From Rhodothermales bacterium (lineage in GTDB: Bacteria > Bacteroidota > Rhodothermia > Rhodothermales > VXPQ01), in assembly GCA_040904565.1 (NCBI GenBank), contig JBBDTI010000075.1, forward strand, positions 32,001-96,000: a stretch of 64,000 bases of DNA, read 5' to 3'. Under the pieces are notes generated by a model that did no database searches, was not told where the DNA came from, and worked only from the letters and a program-made list of their open reading frames with translations. Shown one piece after another: positions 48,610-62,117 of this stretch. How positions within the stretch are numbered: position 1 is the stretch's first letter; every line of letters begins with the position of its first letter. A program made the position numbers and the translations under genes.

Positions 48610-50007
48610 TCACCCAGCGTCCTGACGTGTGGGCTGCCGTGGCGTTATCCGCTGACCTACGACGCCATCGAACAGGCGCGCGAGACGACGCGTCAGGCGT
48701 CTTCGATCGAACTGCTCGACATACGCACGGTCCGGCTCGGGCAACCGGCCCTCTGACCACATCCCGTACAGCTGCTCGATGCCTGCGCTAATCTCGGATA
48801 TCGCCTCCGGGTCCGCTATGGTCGCTGCGCCGTAGCGATGCAGCGCAGTGCGGGCGGCGCCCAGCGGGACGAGGCCAAGGACAGGCTTCCTCGCTCCAAA
48901 ATACTCGTACAGTTTGCTTGTCGAAATAGTATCGGCTCCTTCCGTCCGACCGACCGTCATCCACAGCACGTCGGCAGCCCGTAGACACGCAACAGCTTCC
49001 GGGTGCGATAGATAGCCCGTATGGTGGATCACGTCGGAGATACCGAGCTCGCCGGCGAGCTTCTTTGCGGATTCCGAGAGCAGGCCGACGAAGACAGCCT
49101 TCACGCTGGATTTCAGCTCCGTACGGCGCGTAAGCACGTCGGACAGTGCGCGCATGAAGGGCTCGGGCGACTGTGCGTCGTAGAACACACCACTGTAGAG
49201 CATCGTGAACGTGCTCGGATCGGGATCCAGCCCGGGAATGCACGGATCCACCTCAAGATCGTCCGGATCGTAGCCCTGCGGGATAACCACGACATCCTCT
49301 AGAAATCCGGCATCGGGATTCCGAGCTGTCAGGTTTCGGCGGATCACGTCGTTGATGACTACCGACCTGTCGCCGCGCTCCAGAACCCGGCGCTCCATGC
49401 GCGCGGAAAGTCCGCGATGCACCGGAGTGGGATAAGAATGACGCGGATTCCCGACCCAGTCGTCGCGAAAATCGAGAACGAGGGGCACACCGGTCGTTTT
49501 CGACAGACCGGCGGCTACCAGCAACGACGTGTAGGGAGGTGCCGACGCGAAGATCAGATCATACGCGCCACCTTGAAGCAGCTCAAGCCCCTTTTTGCGG
49601 GCGGGTCGCCACCATCCCAACTTGTTGTCAGGCACAAAAAGTAATTGGCTCAGACGTGAAAACGCACGGCGCGTCGATTCGTCGGGAAACCGTACGACGG
49701 TTCGGCTTCCGAACAACCGGGTCGGATCCCAGGATGCCGTTCGATGAACGGCCACGCCCGAATCCTCGATCTCCGCGAGCAGCGATTCGTCATACGCGAA
49801 ATATCCTCGAGGCTTGCAGGTGAGTACCGTCGGCTGCCAGCCAAACTCAGGTAGGTACTTCACGAACTTTGCGGTTCGCTGCACGCCGCTCAGTCCCATC
49901 GGGGGAAAGTAGTAGGCGATCACGAGCACACGCCGCTCGTCCGCCCGGTTCACCGCCGAGTCGGGTATCACAGATACGGCCTCCTTCACGTCGCCAGCCA
50001 CCGGCAC
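48610..50007 (-). CDS. GT4 family glycosyltransferase
   Basis: IAYYFPP..SGVQR..KF.KYL, SAPP, DFRD.W, SKLYEY..KP; start uncertain. Confidence 0.88.
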   Translation of the reverse strand: MPVAGDVKEAVSVIPDSAVNRADERRVLVIAYYFPPMGLSGVQRTAKFVKYLPEFGWQPTVLTCKPRGYFAYDESLLAEIEDSGVAVHRTASWDPTRLFGSRTVVRFPDESTRRAFSRLSQLLFVPDNKLGWWRPARKKGLELLQGGAYDLIFASAPPYTSLLVAAGLSKTTGVPLVLDFRDDWVGNPRHSYPTPVHRGLSARMERRVLERGDRSVVINDVIRRNLTARNPDAGFLEDVVVIPQGYDPDDLEVDPCIPGLDPDPSTFTMLYSGVFYDAQSPEPFMRALSDVLTRRTELKSSVKAVFVGLLSESAKKLAGELGISDVIHHTGYLSHPEAVACLRAADVLWMTVGRTEGADTISTSKLYEYFGARKPVLGLVPLGAARTALHRYGAATIADPEAISEISAGIEQLYGMWSEGRLPEPDRAYVEQFDRRRLTRRLARLFDGVVGQRITPRQPTRQDAG

Positions 50008-50943
50008 TTATTCGGGAAGTTGCCAGATCTCGACGAGGTTTCTTGCGATATAGGGTACGGCGACGCGATGTCGCTGTGCGTCGTACCCTATGTCTGCAGG
50101 TCTACCCTCCAGACGCGCGACGATACGATCGGTACCGTTCGAAATCACGTGCAGGCTCGAATCCGCCTGGCTGGAGATCACCAGGTCTCCGCCTCTTACG
50201 ACCTCTACGCCGTCAAGCTGCGCCCCCGACACCGATCCTTCCGTCGTCAGGCTGGGATCTTCCATCGTCCATACGAAATAGTGCTGCGAACCTCCGTACG
50301 GTACGACCATGAACCGATCGCGCTCAGGATCCCACGTTATGCCGTTCGGGCTGTCCAGAAGCGAATCCTGATGAACGGTCGAAATGGCTCCTCCGGCAAT
50401 TCGGTACACGGCATCGCGGCCGGTATCCGTTACGTAGAGCGCCCCATCCGGACCGGGAGTGATGTCGTTCAGAAACCCCGTATCCATCTCCGAGAAGTCG
50501 ATGGTTGCCAGCGGTGCTCCGGTATGCCGGTCGAATCCGCGAACCGCGTTTACGTCACACGCCCACAGCGTGTCTCCCGTAATGGCCATACCGCGAGGCG
50601 CGTGCAGCGTCACCTCTCCTTCCCCTCCTTGAATGAACTCGAGATTTTCGACCGTACCATCGATATTCATACGGCTTATAAAGCCGTTGTTGTCGGCATC
50701 CATCCCGCCACCATTGAAGTTGCCGACGAAGTAGATGTCTTGATCGGGATCGTACCGCACGGCTTCCGGTCCCAGAAACCCCGTTGCCTCAGCAACCAGC
50801 GTAGCAACCCCTTCACCGTCACCCTCATCGGCCGGCTGATCGCCGCACGCACCGAGGAAGAACAGGCTCACGATCAGGAGCGATCCGACTACGCATCCGC
50901 CGAATATCTTTCCTGGAGAACTATTTGACTCACGGACGCTCAT
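50008..50943 (-). CDS. SMP-30/gluconolactonase-like beta-propeller lipoprotein
   Basis: Lipobox LGAC; PE, P.GM, FLND, PNG, DG, PAD blade motifs. Confidence 0.85.
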   Translation of the reverse strand: MSVRESNSSPGKIFGGCVVGSLLIVSLFFLGACGDQPADEGDGEGVATLVAEATGFLGPEAVRYDPDQDIYFVGNFNGGGMDADNNGFISRMNIDGTVENLEFIQGGEGEVTLHAPRGMAITGDTLWACDVNAVRGFDRHTGAPLATIDFSEMDTGFLNDITPGPDGALYVTDTGRDAVYRIAGGAISTVHQDSLLDSPNGITWDPERDRFMVVPYGGSQHYFVWTMEDPSLTTEGSVSGAQLDGVEVVRGGDLVISSQADSSLHVISNGTDRIVARLEGRPADIGYDAQRHRVAVPYIARNLVEIWQLPE

Positions 50944-51144
50944 GTCTGACTCGCTCTATTCGTAGTGGGAATTCGTATCCTGGTATGCCGTGCGTCACGC
51001 GTTGCTCCCAGGATCGTTTGAACCTGGCGCTGCCCGCACTGCATCTCCTCTACTTCCAGTATACTGTGCGGACCCGACAGTAGTCAACGTGATGACCGTC
51101 CACCCTCCGTGCGGATAGCGAATGCACGCTGTACGGAGAGCTGC

Positions 51145-51648
51145 TCAGGACGATACGTTCGCCTGGGCACGCCGAACCCACGCATCGAGATGAGGGCGCA
51201 TGAGGTCCTCCAGTTCCGCGTTCATCCCGTCTTGATTCTCCGAGGAAACGAGGGAGGCCTCTCGCAGCATCCATCCGTCGTTCCTCTCGAACTCGAGTAG
51301 GACGGGCACCGCAGTCGGATATGAGGGTGAGCGAGCCAGAAACGTTAGGGAAGCGGATCTCGTGCCGTTCGTCGTATCGACGCGAAACCGATATCGACCC
51401 ATGACGACATGCTCGCCGGCCATCACGTTCAAATCGCCGAAAAGACCCAGCTCCAGGGCCAGCGAGTCGCCGATCGGCGTACGATCCAGCTCCGTGAAGA
51501 GTGCCCGCGCGTAGGTTCCAAAATCCGACGCCGTCGTCGCATCCGGATGGTCCGGTGCATTGCACGCCGCCGGCGCCAGCAGCAGCAACGCGATGACCAA
51601 GACCGCGTACGGGGAGGACCGGTCGCCATCGGATGACGTGTTGGGCAT
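51145..51648 (-). CDS. Hypothetical lipoprotein
   Basis: Hydrophobic stretch AVLVIALLLLAPAA-C; start uncertain. Confidence 0.6.
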   Translation of the reverse strand: MPNTSSDGDRSSPYAVLVIALLLLAPAACNAPDHPDATTASDFGTYARALFTELDRTPIGDSLALELGLFGDLNVMAGEHVVMGRYRFRVDTTNGTRSASLTFLARSPSYPTAVPVLLEFERNDGWMLREASLVSSENQDGMNAELEDLMRPHLDAWVRRAQANVSS

Positions 51649-52033
51649 GAAGCCGCCGCTTCCATCCGCGAGGTCGAACGTCAGGGATGTCAAGCGGCGC
51701 AGCGCCAGGGCGAGTCGTCTCAGCATGGAGTTCATGGCTACGGCTATGTAAAGGTGTCGGGTGCTCACGCTAAGAAAATAGTACCTAAAGCATCGTGCTC
51801 AGAAGATTGTGTTCAGCGAATGCTACCGGGCACGTTCTGCTCGGTACGATCTCGGAGTCGCGGCAGTACAACATAGTCAACCGAAGAGACTCCTGGCGAA
51901 TGGATTGCACGCTGGGTCCGATGATTCGGGGTGCGTCGGGAGGCAACGCCGTGCTGGGACCTTTTACGTGCGGTCGCGTTGAAAAGGGCCCTCAAAAAAC
52001 GGCAGGAATAGCCCCCACTACGTCATCACGAAC

Positions 52034-54382
<2,349 letters not shown>

Positions 54383-54593
54383 TCCAGGTCGAACGCGCTG
54401 GGTGGAACGCCTTCGCCCGTGCCCGCTCTCGGTCCCGCGCATTCGGTCGAACTCGCTCTGCCGTTCTTTGACGTACGTGCCTGCGAGCGTGTTCGCTTGT
54501 GGCAGCGAGCATGGTGGAGCCTCGGGCCCGTGAACGGCGTATATCGTATGTCGTACGTGCTGGAGAATCGGCAACAAACGGGAACCTGCCACG

Positions 54594-55094
54594 ATGCGCC
54601 GCGACCTTGCCACGTTGTCCGCGATCGCCGCCGTTATCGGCGTCGCACTCTCTCTTGTACTCGGTGGATGCGGGCCCACCGACTGTCTGCCTGAGCCCGA
54701 AATGGATGCGACCCCGCCGGAGGTCAATGTCACCGTAACCGTTACGTCGTCGAACGGAACCACGCGTACCATCGAACACGCAGCGGGTGACGCTCCGCTT
54801 AGCGTCGACATCTCCTCCGGGAGTTCCGTATCCGTCACCTATTCGACCGTCGATTCTTCCGGACTCCGATCGCTTTCGCCCGGCATGACGATCCATGAGA
54901 CGGTTGGAGTAGGCGTAGAGCGTCGTTCGGTAAGGATCGAACCTGTTCGGTCGGAATGCCCCGTTGCATCCCTCTCGCTTCGCCGTGAGGTTCGCGGCGT
55001 CAGGCCGGGAGAGTCCGTCGTCGTCACGATGGTAGCGGAAAACTGGGTCGGAGATATCGGCACGCTGGAGTCGGCCACCCTCCGATACAGGTAA
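54594..55094 (+). CDS. Hypothetical beta-rich lipoprotein (Ig-like)
   Basis: Signal peptide with lipobox LGGC; D.TPP.V start of an Ig-like domain. Confidence 0.65.
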   Translation: MRRDLATLSAIAAVIGVALSLVLGGCGPTDCLPEPEMDATPPEVNVTVTVTSSNGTTRTIEHAAGDAPLSVDISSGSSVSVTYSTVDSSGLRSLSPGMTIHETVGVGVERRSVRIEPVRSECPVASLSLRREVRGVRPGESVVVTMVAENWVGDIGTLESATLRYR

Positions 55095-55097
55095 GCG

Positions 55098-55604
55098 TTA
55101 TCGCTGATATGCGTCGGAACGGAAATAGGCTATCATATCGGTAGAGACCGGCTCGCCGTCGAGCTGTCGTATCATCGTCGTAACCTGGCCACGATGGTAC
55201 GAGGCATGATTGGCCGTATGGCACATCAGCTCCCATAGCGGCTGTTCGAATGCTTCATTCCTGCTGTTACGATAGGCAAGCGGCCTTTGAAGATCATCGT
55301 CCGTCAGCTCGCCGACGAACACCGTACGCCTGGCTGCAAGGGCCTCCCAGCGAGAGCGTACGGCATCCAGATCCGTCGGCGAATCGGCGTCCTCCATCCC
55401 GGCGGGCGAGGTTCCCGTCCACCTGGCCATCCAGATCCATTCGGACGAGACCATGTGCACCAGCGTATCGTGCATGGACGGGAAACTGCTTCCCATATCG
55501 CGGTGCCGCCGATCGGGCGGGACGCGATCGACGGCCGAAAGCATTCTCGTGTTGGCCCAGTCCGTATACGCGTACAGCGTCCGTATGTAGTCTACCGTTA
55601 TCAT
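55098..55604 (-). CDS. DinB family protein
   Basis: Y..WAN, SFPS..TL.H....E..W, H..NH..YHRGQ; ATG overlaps the upstream TGA. Confidence 0.9.
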   Translation of the reverse strand: MITVDYIRTLYAYTDWANTRMLSAVDRVPPDRRHRDMGSSFPSMHDTLVHMVSSEWIWMARWTGTSPAGMEDADSPTDLDAVRSRWEALAARRTVFVGELTDDDLQRPLAYRNSRNEAFEQPLWELMCHTANHASYHRGQVTTMIRQLDGEPVSTDMIAYFRSDAYQR

Positions 55605-56488
55605 CGTGAAGAACACCTCTCAGATTGTTCTAATGCGTGCGTCACGTGGTACGGTGCTTCCTCTGCTACAAAATGGCCGACCTCGCCGAGCGTGGTCACG
55701 TGTGCGTCGGACAGTGCGGATCGCCATCTGTCGAGATGTGAAGTTCGAAATACCGGATCCTTCATGCCCCACATGATGTGAGTAGGAATGGCCTTAAGGT
55801 TGGATCGACGCGCCCAGAGCCCATCCAGAAACGGCGCGGACTGCAGAAAGGCACCCGGAAGCGCCGCTGAGGCGGCCGCATCGTCGCGTAGCGGCTCAAT
55901 ATACTGCCTATGGACGGTTGATGGGAAGGCCTTTCGGTCCCCTATCCCGAACGGCATGAGCCGGGCAAGGACATTCGCACGCCGGGTGGCCACGCTCCCC
56001 ACGCTGCTGCCGAACGTGCGTGCGAAGATCCCTAATCGGCTCCACGACGCGATCGGCCACATGATCGTATTCAGGATGACGCAGCAGCGGATGGCGCAGC
56101 CACTCCGAAATGCGGCGTCCAATCCGATCGGTCCGCCCCAGTCATGGACGACGATCGCTATCTCGTCCAGATCGAGCTCGTCCAACAGCCTCCGCAGGCA
56201 CGCCGCCTGATCTTCGGGTGAATAGCTCCAGCCTGCGGGCCGGTCGGACAGTCCGAAGCCGACGAGATCGGGCGCGATGCAGCGCCGTGAGGCGCTCATG
56301 CGCAAGATGCATCTCCTGTACATGAACGACCACGTCGGATTGCCGTGAACGAAAAGAACGGTCGGGCCCGAGCCTTCATCGACGAAGTGCATTCGGCCAG
56401 GTCCAACGTCGATGTAGTTCCGTTCGAAGGGATAGGCCTTCCGATCCAGCCACGCAGGCTCCCTGGCGCGGCGCCCCGACGAGCTCAT
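55601..56488 (-). CDS. Alpha/beta hydrolase, haloalkane dehalogenase / OleB-like
   Basis: YPF, HGNPTWS, APDL.GFG.S, HDWGG nucleophile, WGMKD, GHFV.EE. Confidence 0.88.
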   Translation of the reverse strand: MSSSGRRAREPAWLDRKAYPFERNYIDVGPGRMHFVDEGSGPTVLFVHGNPTWSFMYRRCILRMSASRRCIAPDLVGFGLSDRPAGWSYSPEDQAACLRRLLDELDLDEIAIVVHDWGGPIGLDAAFRSGCAIRCCVILNTIMWPIASWSRLGIFARTFGSSVGSVATRRANVLARLMPFGIGDRKAFPSTVHRQYIEPLRDDAAASAALPGAFLQSAPFLDGLWARRSNLKAIPTHIMWGMKDPVFRTSHLDRWRSALSDAHVTTLGEVGHFVAEEAPYHVTHALEQSERCSSR

Positions 56489-56531
56489 GACGGATAGGTG
56501 ATGGGAGTCTTGCGGTACGGCGGGTTGATGG

Positions 56532-57566
56532 TCATCGGGCTGTCGGACGTTCCGCCTCGGCATAGAGATAGGCCATCGGCTCCAGCCGTGCACCCTCCTC
56601 GTTCGCGACGGCGAATCTACCTCCCTCATACATCGTCGCCGCACCGTATCGTCCATCTCGGTGTGCGGCGTAGAAGCTCAAGCCGAAGTACGGTCGTCCA
56701 TCTTCATCGAGGAGGCGCTCCTGGGTAAAGCGAACGGCCCGCCGCAGCGCTTCAAGACATGCCTCCTCGGGCTCCAATCCCGTGCGCATCAGCTCGACGA
56801 CGAGAAAGGCACCGCACACCTTGATGGCAGCCTCGCCGCGCCCGGTCGCCCCGGCAGCCCCAACCTCGTTATCGCAGTACTGTCCGGCTCCGACAATCGG
56901 ACTGTCACCAATGCGTCCCGGAATCTTCCACGCGAGTCCGCTCGTCGTCGTAACGGATCCGACGTTGCCCGCCGCGTTCACGGCGCATATATTAATGGTT
57001 CCGGTCGTGTTCTTCGTGGCCTCGTCTGTCCACTCGAGCCAGTTGTCGTTCTCGTTGAGTCGGCTTTTCCACGTCAGCCAATCCGTCCGGCTCTGCTCCG
57101 TAAGCAGGTTTTGCGGTTCGAATCCCATCTTGATGGCGAAGTCGCGTGCCCCTTTGCCGACTAGCATGATATGGTCCGTATGATCCATTACGGCTTTTGC
57201 TACGCGGGCCGCCGTCGGAATGTCTTCCAGCGCGGCGACGGATCCGGCGCGGCGCGTCGGACCGTCCATCACGGAGGCGTCCAGCGTTACGACGCCGTCT
57301 TCGTTCGGCAGTCCGCCGAGGCCGACGCTCTGGTCCTCGGGATCGAGCTCCTGAATCTCAACACCGGCAATGGCCGCGTCGAGCGGATCAACTCCATCCG
57401 TCGTCATCATCTCATACGCGCGCTGGACGCCGGGGAGTCCATTCCCCGAGGCGACGACGACGGGTGCGCTCTGGGCCGGCCGGGCTTCGACCGGTCCGAT
57501 GCCGGTTGCGGACGCCAGGGCTGCTGCCCCGGATACGTGCAGGAAATCGCGCCTAGATATGCTCAT
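56532..57566 (-). CDS. Tat-exported Ntn-hydrolase, N4-(beta-N-acetylglucosaminyl)-L-asparaginase family
   Basis: SRRDFL Tat motif; SVG.GG.P, LDAS.MDG, GTI nucleophile, TTSG..K.PGR.GDSP. Confidence 0.9.
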   Translation of the reverse strand: MSISRRDFLHVSGAAALASATGIGPVEARPAQSAPVVVASGNGLPGVQRAYEMMTTDGVDPLDAAIAGVEIQELDPEDQSVGLGGLPNEDGVVTLDASVMDGPTRRAGSVAALEDIPTAARVAKAVMDHTDHIMLVGKGARDFAIKMGFEPQNLLTEQSRTDWLTWKSRLNENDNWLEWTDEATKNTTGTINICAVNAAGNVGSVTTTSGLAWKIPGRIGDSPIVGAGQYCDNEVGAAGATGRGEAAIKVCGAFLVVELMRTGLEPEEACLEALRRAVRFTQERLLDEDGRPYFGLSFYAAHRDGRYGAATMYEGGRFAVANEEGARLEPMAYLYAEAERPTAR

Positions 57567-57816
57567 AGGAAGGCTTATAGCAAAGGTCGATCGTGAGACG
57601 TAGCGTGAACCATACAGTATCGCCATTAACGCGCGTCTTTACAAAAACGGGTGTCGTCCCACCGCAGCGCCGTATCGCTTAATGAATGGATAACGATTCA
57701 GTGCGCGGTCCATGGTATACTTCCTCGTATATTTGTGACATTCACGGTGGAGGCAGAGACCGCGCGGCGTGAATGGACCATCATCTACGTGTAAACAGGA
57801 CAGCCCGACCAGGACC

Positions 57817-59286
57817 ATGACCTACCTATCGAGAAGATCCTTCCTCAAGCAAGCAGCCAGTACGGGTGGCGCATTGATGCTGACGGGGCGTTCCTGGGCG
57901 CGGCCGTCGCGCCCTGCCGTCGTCCACGTTACAGGTCGAGTTCTGAGCGGTGGACGCCCCGTTGCGGACGTACCCGTTTCGGATGGACTGACGGTGGTAG
58001 GCACCGACGAGTCCGGTGCGTTTGAGTTCATCTCGCGCTCCAGGCAGCCGTTCGTGTTCCTCTCCGTTCCATCGGCGTTCCGCGTTCCCGTCAGCGAGGT
58101 TGGGACGGCCGCTTTCTACCAGCCGCTCGCAGTAGGTGCCGACGGCCGAGCCGACGTTCGTTTTGAGCTCGAGGCGGCAAACGGTTCGACGGAGGAGCAC
58201 GCCTTCGTCGTCCTTGCCGATCCGCAGACACAGACGCCGGAGGAGATAGACCTGCTCCACGCACAGACGGTGCCGGACGTGATCGAGACCGTATCCGGAT
58301 TCCCATCGTCGTCCATCTTTGGCGTCGCCTGCGGCGACATCATGTTCGACGATCTCGAGCTGTATCCTGACTACGAGCGGGCGGTTGCGCGAATGGGCGT
58401 TCCCTTTTTCCAGGCGGTAGGAAATCACGACCTCGATTTCGACGCGCTGGTGGATTCCACGTCTACTCGCACGTTCCAGCATCATTTCGGACCGCGCTAT
58501 TATTCGTTCGACCGTGGCCGCGCGCACTACGTCGTTCTCGACGACGTATTCTGGAATCACGCCGACTATGTTGGCTATCTGGATGAGGATCAGCTCTCAT
58601 GGTTGGAGGCCGACCTGGCACGGGTCGCGCCTGGACGGCTCGTCGTCGTATTCACGCACATACCCGCCCACTCGACCCGGTATCGGCGTGAAGATGAGGA
58701 CCGCCCGCGTGCGACCGGCTCCATCTCGAATCGGCGAGCGCTCTACGATCTGCTGTCCCCGTTCGATGCCCACGTCATCTCCGGACATACGCACGAGAAC
58801 GAGCACGTATTCGAAGGCGGCGTCCACGAGCACATCCTGGGTGCTACGTGCGGTGCCTGGTGGAGCGGCCCGATCTGTCACGACGGGACGCCGAATGGAT
58901 ACGGGGTCTTCGAGGTGGATGGGGATGAGATACGGTGGCGATACAAGGCGACGGGCCGGCCGGCGGACTATCAGCTTCGAGCCTACCCGATCGGATCGGA
59001 TGCATCGGCGCCGGATGAGATCGTAGCCAACGTGTGGGACTGGGATCCGGAATGGACGGTTACGTGGTACGAGGATGGTGTGCGCCGAGGGCTGATGGCC
59101 CGCCGTACGGGTACGGATCCGCATTCCGTCGAACTACACAGCGGGGAAGCATTTCCTGAGCATCGGCCATGGGTCGATCCGGTCCTTACCGACCACCTGT
59201 TCTACGCTCCCGTCTCACCGGACGCGCAGCGCGTCGTCGTCGAGGCGACGAATCGATGGGGGGAATCGTTCACCGCAGCCCTATAA
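57817..59286 (+). CDS. Tat-exported calcineurin-like metallophosphoesterase (N-, core and C-domains)
   Basis: SRRSFLK; ADPQ, GD, GNHD, HIP, GHTH, GAWW, DG.PNGY. Confidence 0.9.
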   Translation: MTYLSRRSFLKQAASTGGALMLTGRSWARPSRPAVVHVTGRVLSGGRPVADVPVSDGLTVVGTDESGAFEFISRSRQPFVFLSVPSAFRVPVSEVGTAAFYQPLAVGADGRADVRFELEAANGSTEEHAFVVLADPQTQTPEEIDLLHAQTVPDVIETVSGFPSSSIFGVACGDIMFDDLELYPDYERAVARMGVPFFQAVGNHDLDFDALVDSTSTRTFQHHFGPRYYSFDRGRAHYVVLDDVFWNHADYVGYLDEDQLSWLEADLARVAPGRLVVVFTHIPAHSTRYRREDEDRPRATGSISNRRALYDLLSPFDAHVISGHTHENEHVFEGGVHEHILGATCGAWWSGPICHDGTPNGYGVFEVDGDEIRWRYKATGRPADYQLRAYPIGSDASAPDEIVANVWDWDPEWTVTWYEDGVRRGLMARRTGTDPHSVELHSGEAFPEHRPWVDPVLTDHLFYAPVSPDAQRVVVEATNRWGESFTAAL

Positions 59287-59341
59287 CGCCCCCTACAAAA
59301 GGTACGGGAAACGGCGGGCAAGGGTCGTACGGGCTTATCTA

Positions 59342-60625
59342 CTACGGATCTTGCAGATGGAGATCGGCAAAGTCGAGATAGCGCTGCCAGTCGTACAGCG
59401 TCAGATCGTGTTCTCCGGTCCGCACGTGATAGCCGATCCTACCCATGACCGGACGCAGCACGTCCGGCATCTCGGTCGCGGGAAGTCCGTCCGTTCCCAG
59501 GAGGCGATACACCGGGTCTGCGTTGAGGGCCGAGAGAAACTCTCCTCGCGGATCCGCCCACAGATCCTCCGCAGCGCTGGCCACGTAGAGCGGACGGGGG
59601 GCGACGAGCGACAGCAGCATGTGCTGATCTACGGGCAGCTCGGCCTCGTTATCGGAGTAGTTGTTGAAGTTATCGGCGAACCAGTGGGGAAACGCCGTAT
59701 TGATGCGGCCCACCGTTTCACCGAATCGCCGCCTGGAGAGCGCGGCTCCGCCGCATCCAGAAGCATTGGAGATCACGAGGCCGAAGCGCTCGTCGCGCGC
59801 GCCTGCCCACAGAGATGCCTTACCGAGGCGAGAGTGTCCGATGACGGCGACACGGGCCGCATCGACGTCTGAATCCGTTTCGAGGTAATCGAGACCGCGG
59901 CTGAGTCCCCAAGCCCACGCTGCGATCGCCCCCCATTCGTCCGCCTCCGGCGAGGTTTGTCCGGCCGCGTAGAACAGCGGCTGGACGCCATTTCGAAATC
60001 CGTCGTCGTAATCCGGATCCAGATCGCCGTAATAGGCCGTAACGAGGGCATATCCCCGGTCGATGATCGCGCTCACGGGCCAGCGATGCACGCGTTTTCC
60101 GCGACCCGCCTCAGTGGCACGGTGATCAGATACGCCCATGCTCTCGTTATCCATCATCCACTGATCGGATATGGAAATATCCTCGTCCGAGTACACGGTG
60201 TGGTTTCCATAAAAGCTGAGCCCAAGGAACGCTGGAGCGGGCCCCTCACGGTCATTCGGAACGAAAATTAGCAGGTCCATGCGGGGCCGATCGTTCTCGC
60301 TGAAATAGATCGACACCTCTTTCCGCGTCGCGGCTCCGCCGAGTGCGTAGGGCTCGGAGGACGTCACCTCGAACCGCATCGCGGCAGGCGCAGCGGGCGC
60401 GCGTCCATATACTTCCGATTCGAATAGGGCCAGCAGTTCGGGTCGACGATCGTTTGTCCACGCGTCGGATGAACCTACCTCCGATCCATCCGAGAATCTC
60501 AGCGGATCCGGCAGCTCGTAATCCGGAACCTCTGCCTCGTCGTAATTGAAACCTGCGGGCTGCGCCGCGGCGACGGCTACCCAGAAAAGGCCGGCCGTCA
60601 AGATCAACGCTATCTGGTACGTCAT
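59342..60625 (-). CDS. CE15 glucuronoyl esterase-like secreted esterase
   Basis: NYDE..VP.Y.LPDPL, AWAWG.SR, GHSRLGK nucleophile, [22 protein letters not shown]; start 60625 or 60640. Confidence 0.88.
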   Translation of the reverse strand: MTYQIALILTAGLFWVAVAAAQPAGFNYDEAEVPDYELPDPLRFSDGSEVGSSDAWTNDRRPELLALFESEVYGRAPAAPAAMRFEVTSSEPYALGGAATRKEVSIYFSENDRPRMDLLIFVPNDREGPAPAFLGLSFYGNHTVYSDEDISISDQWMMDNESMGVSDHRATEAGRGKRVHRWPVSAIIDRGYALVTAYYGDLDPDYDDGFRNGVQPLFYAAGQTSPEADEWGAIAAWAWGLSRGLDYLETDSDVDAARVAVIGHSRLGKASLWAGARDERFGLVISNASGCGGAALSRRRFGETVGRINTAFPHWFADNFNNYSDNEAELPVDQHMLLSLVAPRPLYVASAAEDLWADPRGEFLSALNADPVYRLLGTDGLPATEMPDVLRPVMGRIGYHVRTGEHDLTLYDWQRYLDFADLHLQDP

Positions 60626-60791
60626 CGTGTCTTCCATCATCAGATCATTCCTCTTTCTGCTATCCCCAATCCAGTTCCTCGGCGCCGAACCCTGCTTTGG
60701 CGAAATAGCACGGTTCGTTGTCGAATCCATCGTCATTCCCTCCCGTTTCGCTCCACAAGTATCATCCGGCCCTGCTCCGTCGATCCGGCGT

Positions 60792-61544
60792 TCAATCCGA
60801 CGCCAGCAAAAGATTATAGTACGGCCAGAGCTGCTTCATGGACAACAGCGCCTCGCGGAGGAGCCCACCACCCAGCCGAACGACATCCCGGGACGGTATG
60901 AACCGGTAGAGTCCGAATGAAGCAGCCGACGCGAAATCCTCAGGCATCACATCGATAGGCTCTGTAAAGTCCGTCTGCTCTCCCGCCCGCGAGCGGATAT
61001 AAAAACCACCCTCAGCCTCAGCAAGCTGTCCGTTTATCACGTCGAGAACTCGTGCGGATCGATCTTGGTGCGCATCGAGAGCGTGTGTGAATGTTTGTAA
61101 TGCGGCTCTTCTTGCAATAACGGCAATACGAAATCCCGATGGTCGAATGCTGTGTGCAAGCTGCAGATCGGTCAGGCGGGTACGCGCCGGCCGATAGAAG
61201 GACATCCACATGTGATGGTGACATCCTCCCGCTCCAAAATCGTTTTTCAGCAGGCGGGAGAACACATTGCGCTCCGTTTCCAGGCGCAGTCCATTCGGCA
61301 GCACGGCATTCACGACGAGGTCGTCGCGATACGACGTGAAAGGCCGCTTGAGATGTGCGCGGATCGCCGGTTTGTCAGCCTGATACTGCTCGATATGCGG
61401 TCGAGCCCGGAGGCGCTCGAGGATCGAGAACGCTTCTTTCGTGAATCCCGGGAACGTGATGGACGGCTCATCCGGAACGACGAGCCGTTCAACGACGGCC
61501 GGATCTACGGCATCCGTAACCGGAGGAGGCGGTTGGGAAGACAC
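60792..61544 (-). CDS. Hypothetical protein, DUF2461-like
   Basis: F.GF...F..L..L N-terminus, FSRL..D..., W..F; resemblance only. Confidence 0.55.
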   Translation of the reverse strand: MSSQPPPPVTDAVDPAVVERLVVPDEPSITFPGFTKEAFSILERLRARPHIEQYQADKPAIRAHLKRPFTSYRDDLVVNAVLPNGLRLETERNVFSRLLKNDFGAGGCHHHMWMSFYRPARTRLTDLQLAHSIRPSGFRIAVIARRAALQTFTHALDAHQDRSARVLDVINGQLAEAEGGFYIRSRAGEQTDFTEPIDVMPEDFASAASFGLYRFIPSRDVVRLGGGLLREALLSMKQLWPYYNLLLASD

Positions 61545-61598
61545 GGTGTACGATCGCGGAAGGTGAATCGGGTGGCGATAGGTACGCTCGAGCCACGA

Positions 61599-62117
61599 TC
61601 ATCCGCTCCAGGGCGGCGTCACGTCGTTCATCCGAGCATAGGCGATGAGCTGGCCGAGATGTTCTGAGGTATGTTCCGCGAGGCCGATCATCAAATGGCG
61701 GGTCGATCGCTGAGAGCCGTCAAACCATTCTACGGGCGCCTCGAGGTCCCCCTCCGAGAGTCCGCCTACCTCCGAGACGATATGCTCCCTGGCCGCGCGA
61801 ATGAACGCGATGACGTCGTCCTTCTGCGTGAGGTTCTCTTCGGCACCCTGAAGATTAAGCTCTTCAGGCATCGAGATTCCGCCCATGTTACCGAAGAAAT
61901 AGGCAGCCGAGGATACGTGAACGAAGGCCTCGCTGATCGACCGAACGCCTTCCGCCGGACGCCAATCGTACCGGTCTGCCGGTACGGCTTCGGCGAGTTG
62001 TACCAGCTTGTCGAACGCCGCGTCGAGGTCGGCGCTCACCTCGTCCGCGACGGATTGAGCGGTAGCGGGGACGGACATCACCGCTGCCAGGAGTGCGGTT
62101 AGTAGAAGGCTGCGCAT
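61599..62117 (-). CDS. Secreted DinB family protein
   Basis: Signal peptide MRSLLLTALLAAVMSVPATA; WRP.EGVRS..E...H, H..EHLGQ.IAY.R. Confidence 0.88.
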   Translation of the reverse strand: MRSLLLTALLAAVMSVPATAQSVADEVSADLDAAFDKLVQLAEAVPADRYDWRPAEGVRSISEAFVHVSSAAYFFGNMGGISMPEELNLQGAEENLTQKDDVIAFIRAAREHIVSEVGGLSEGDLEAPVEWFDGSQRSTRHLMIGLAEHTSEHLGQLIAYARMNDVTPPWSG

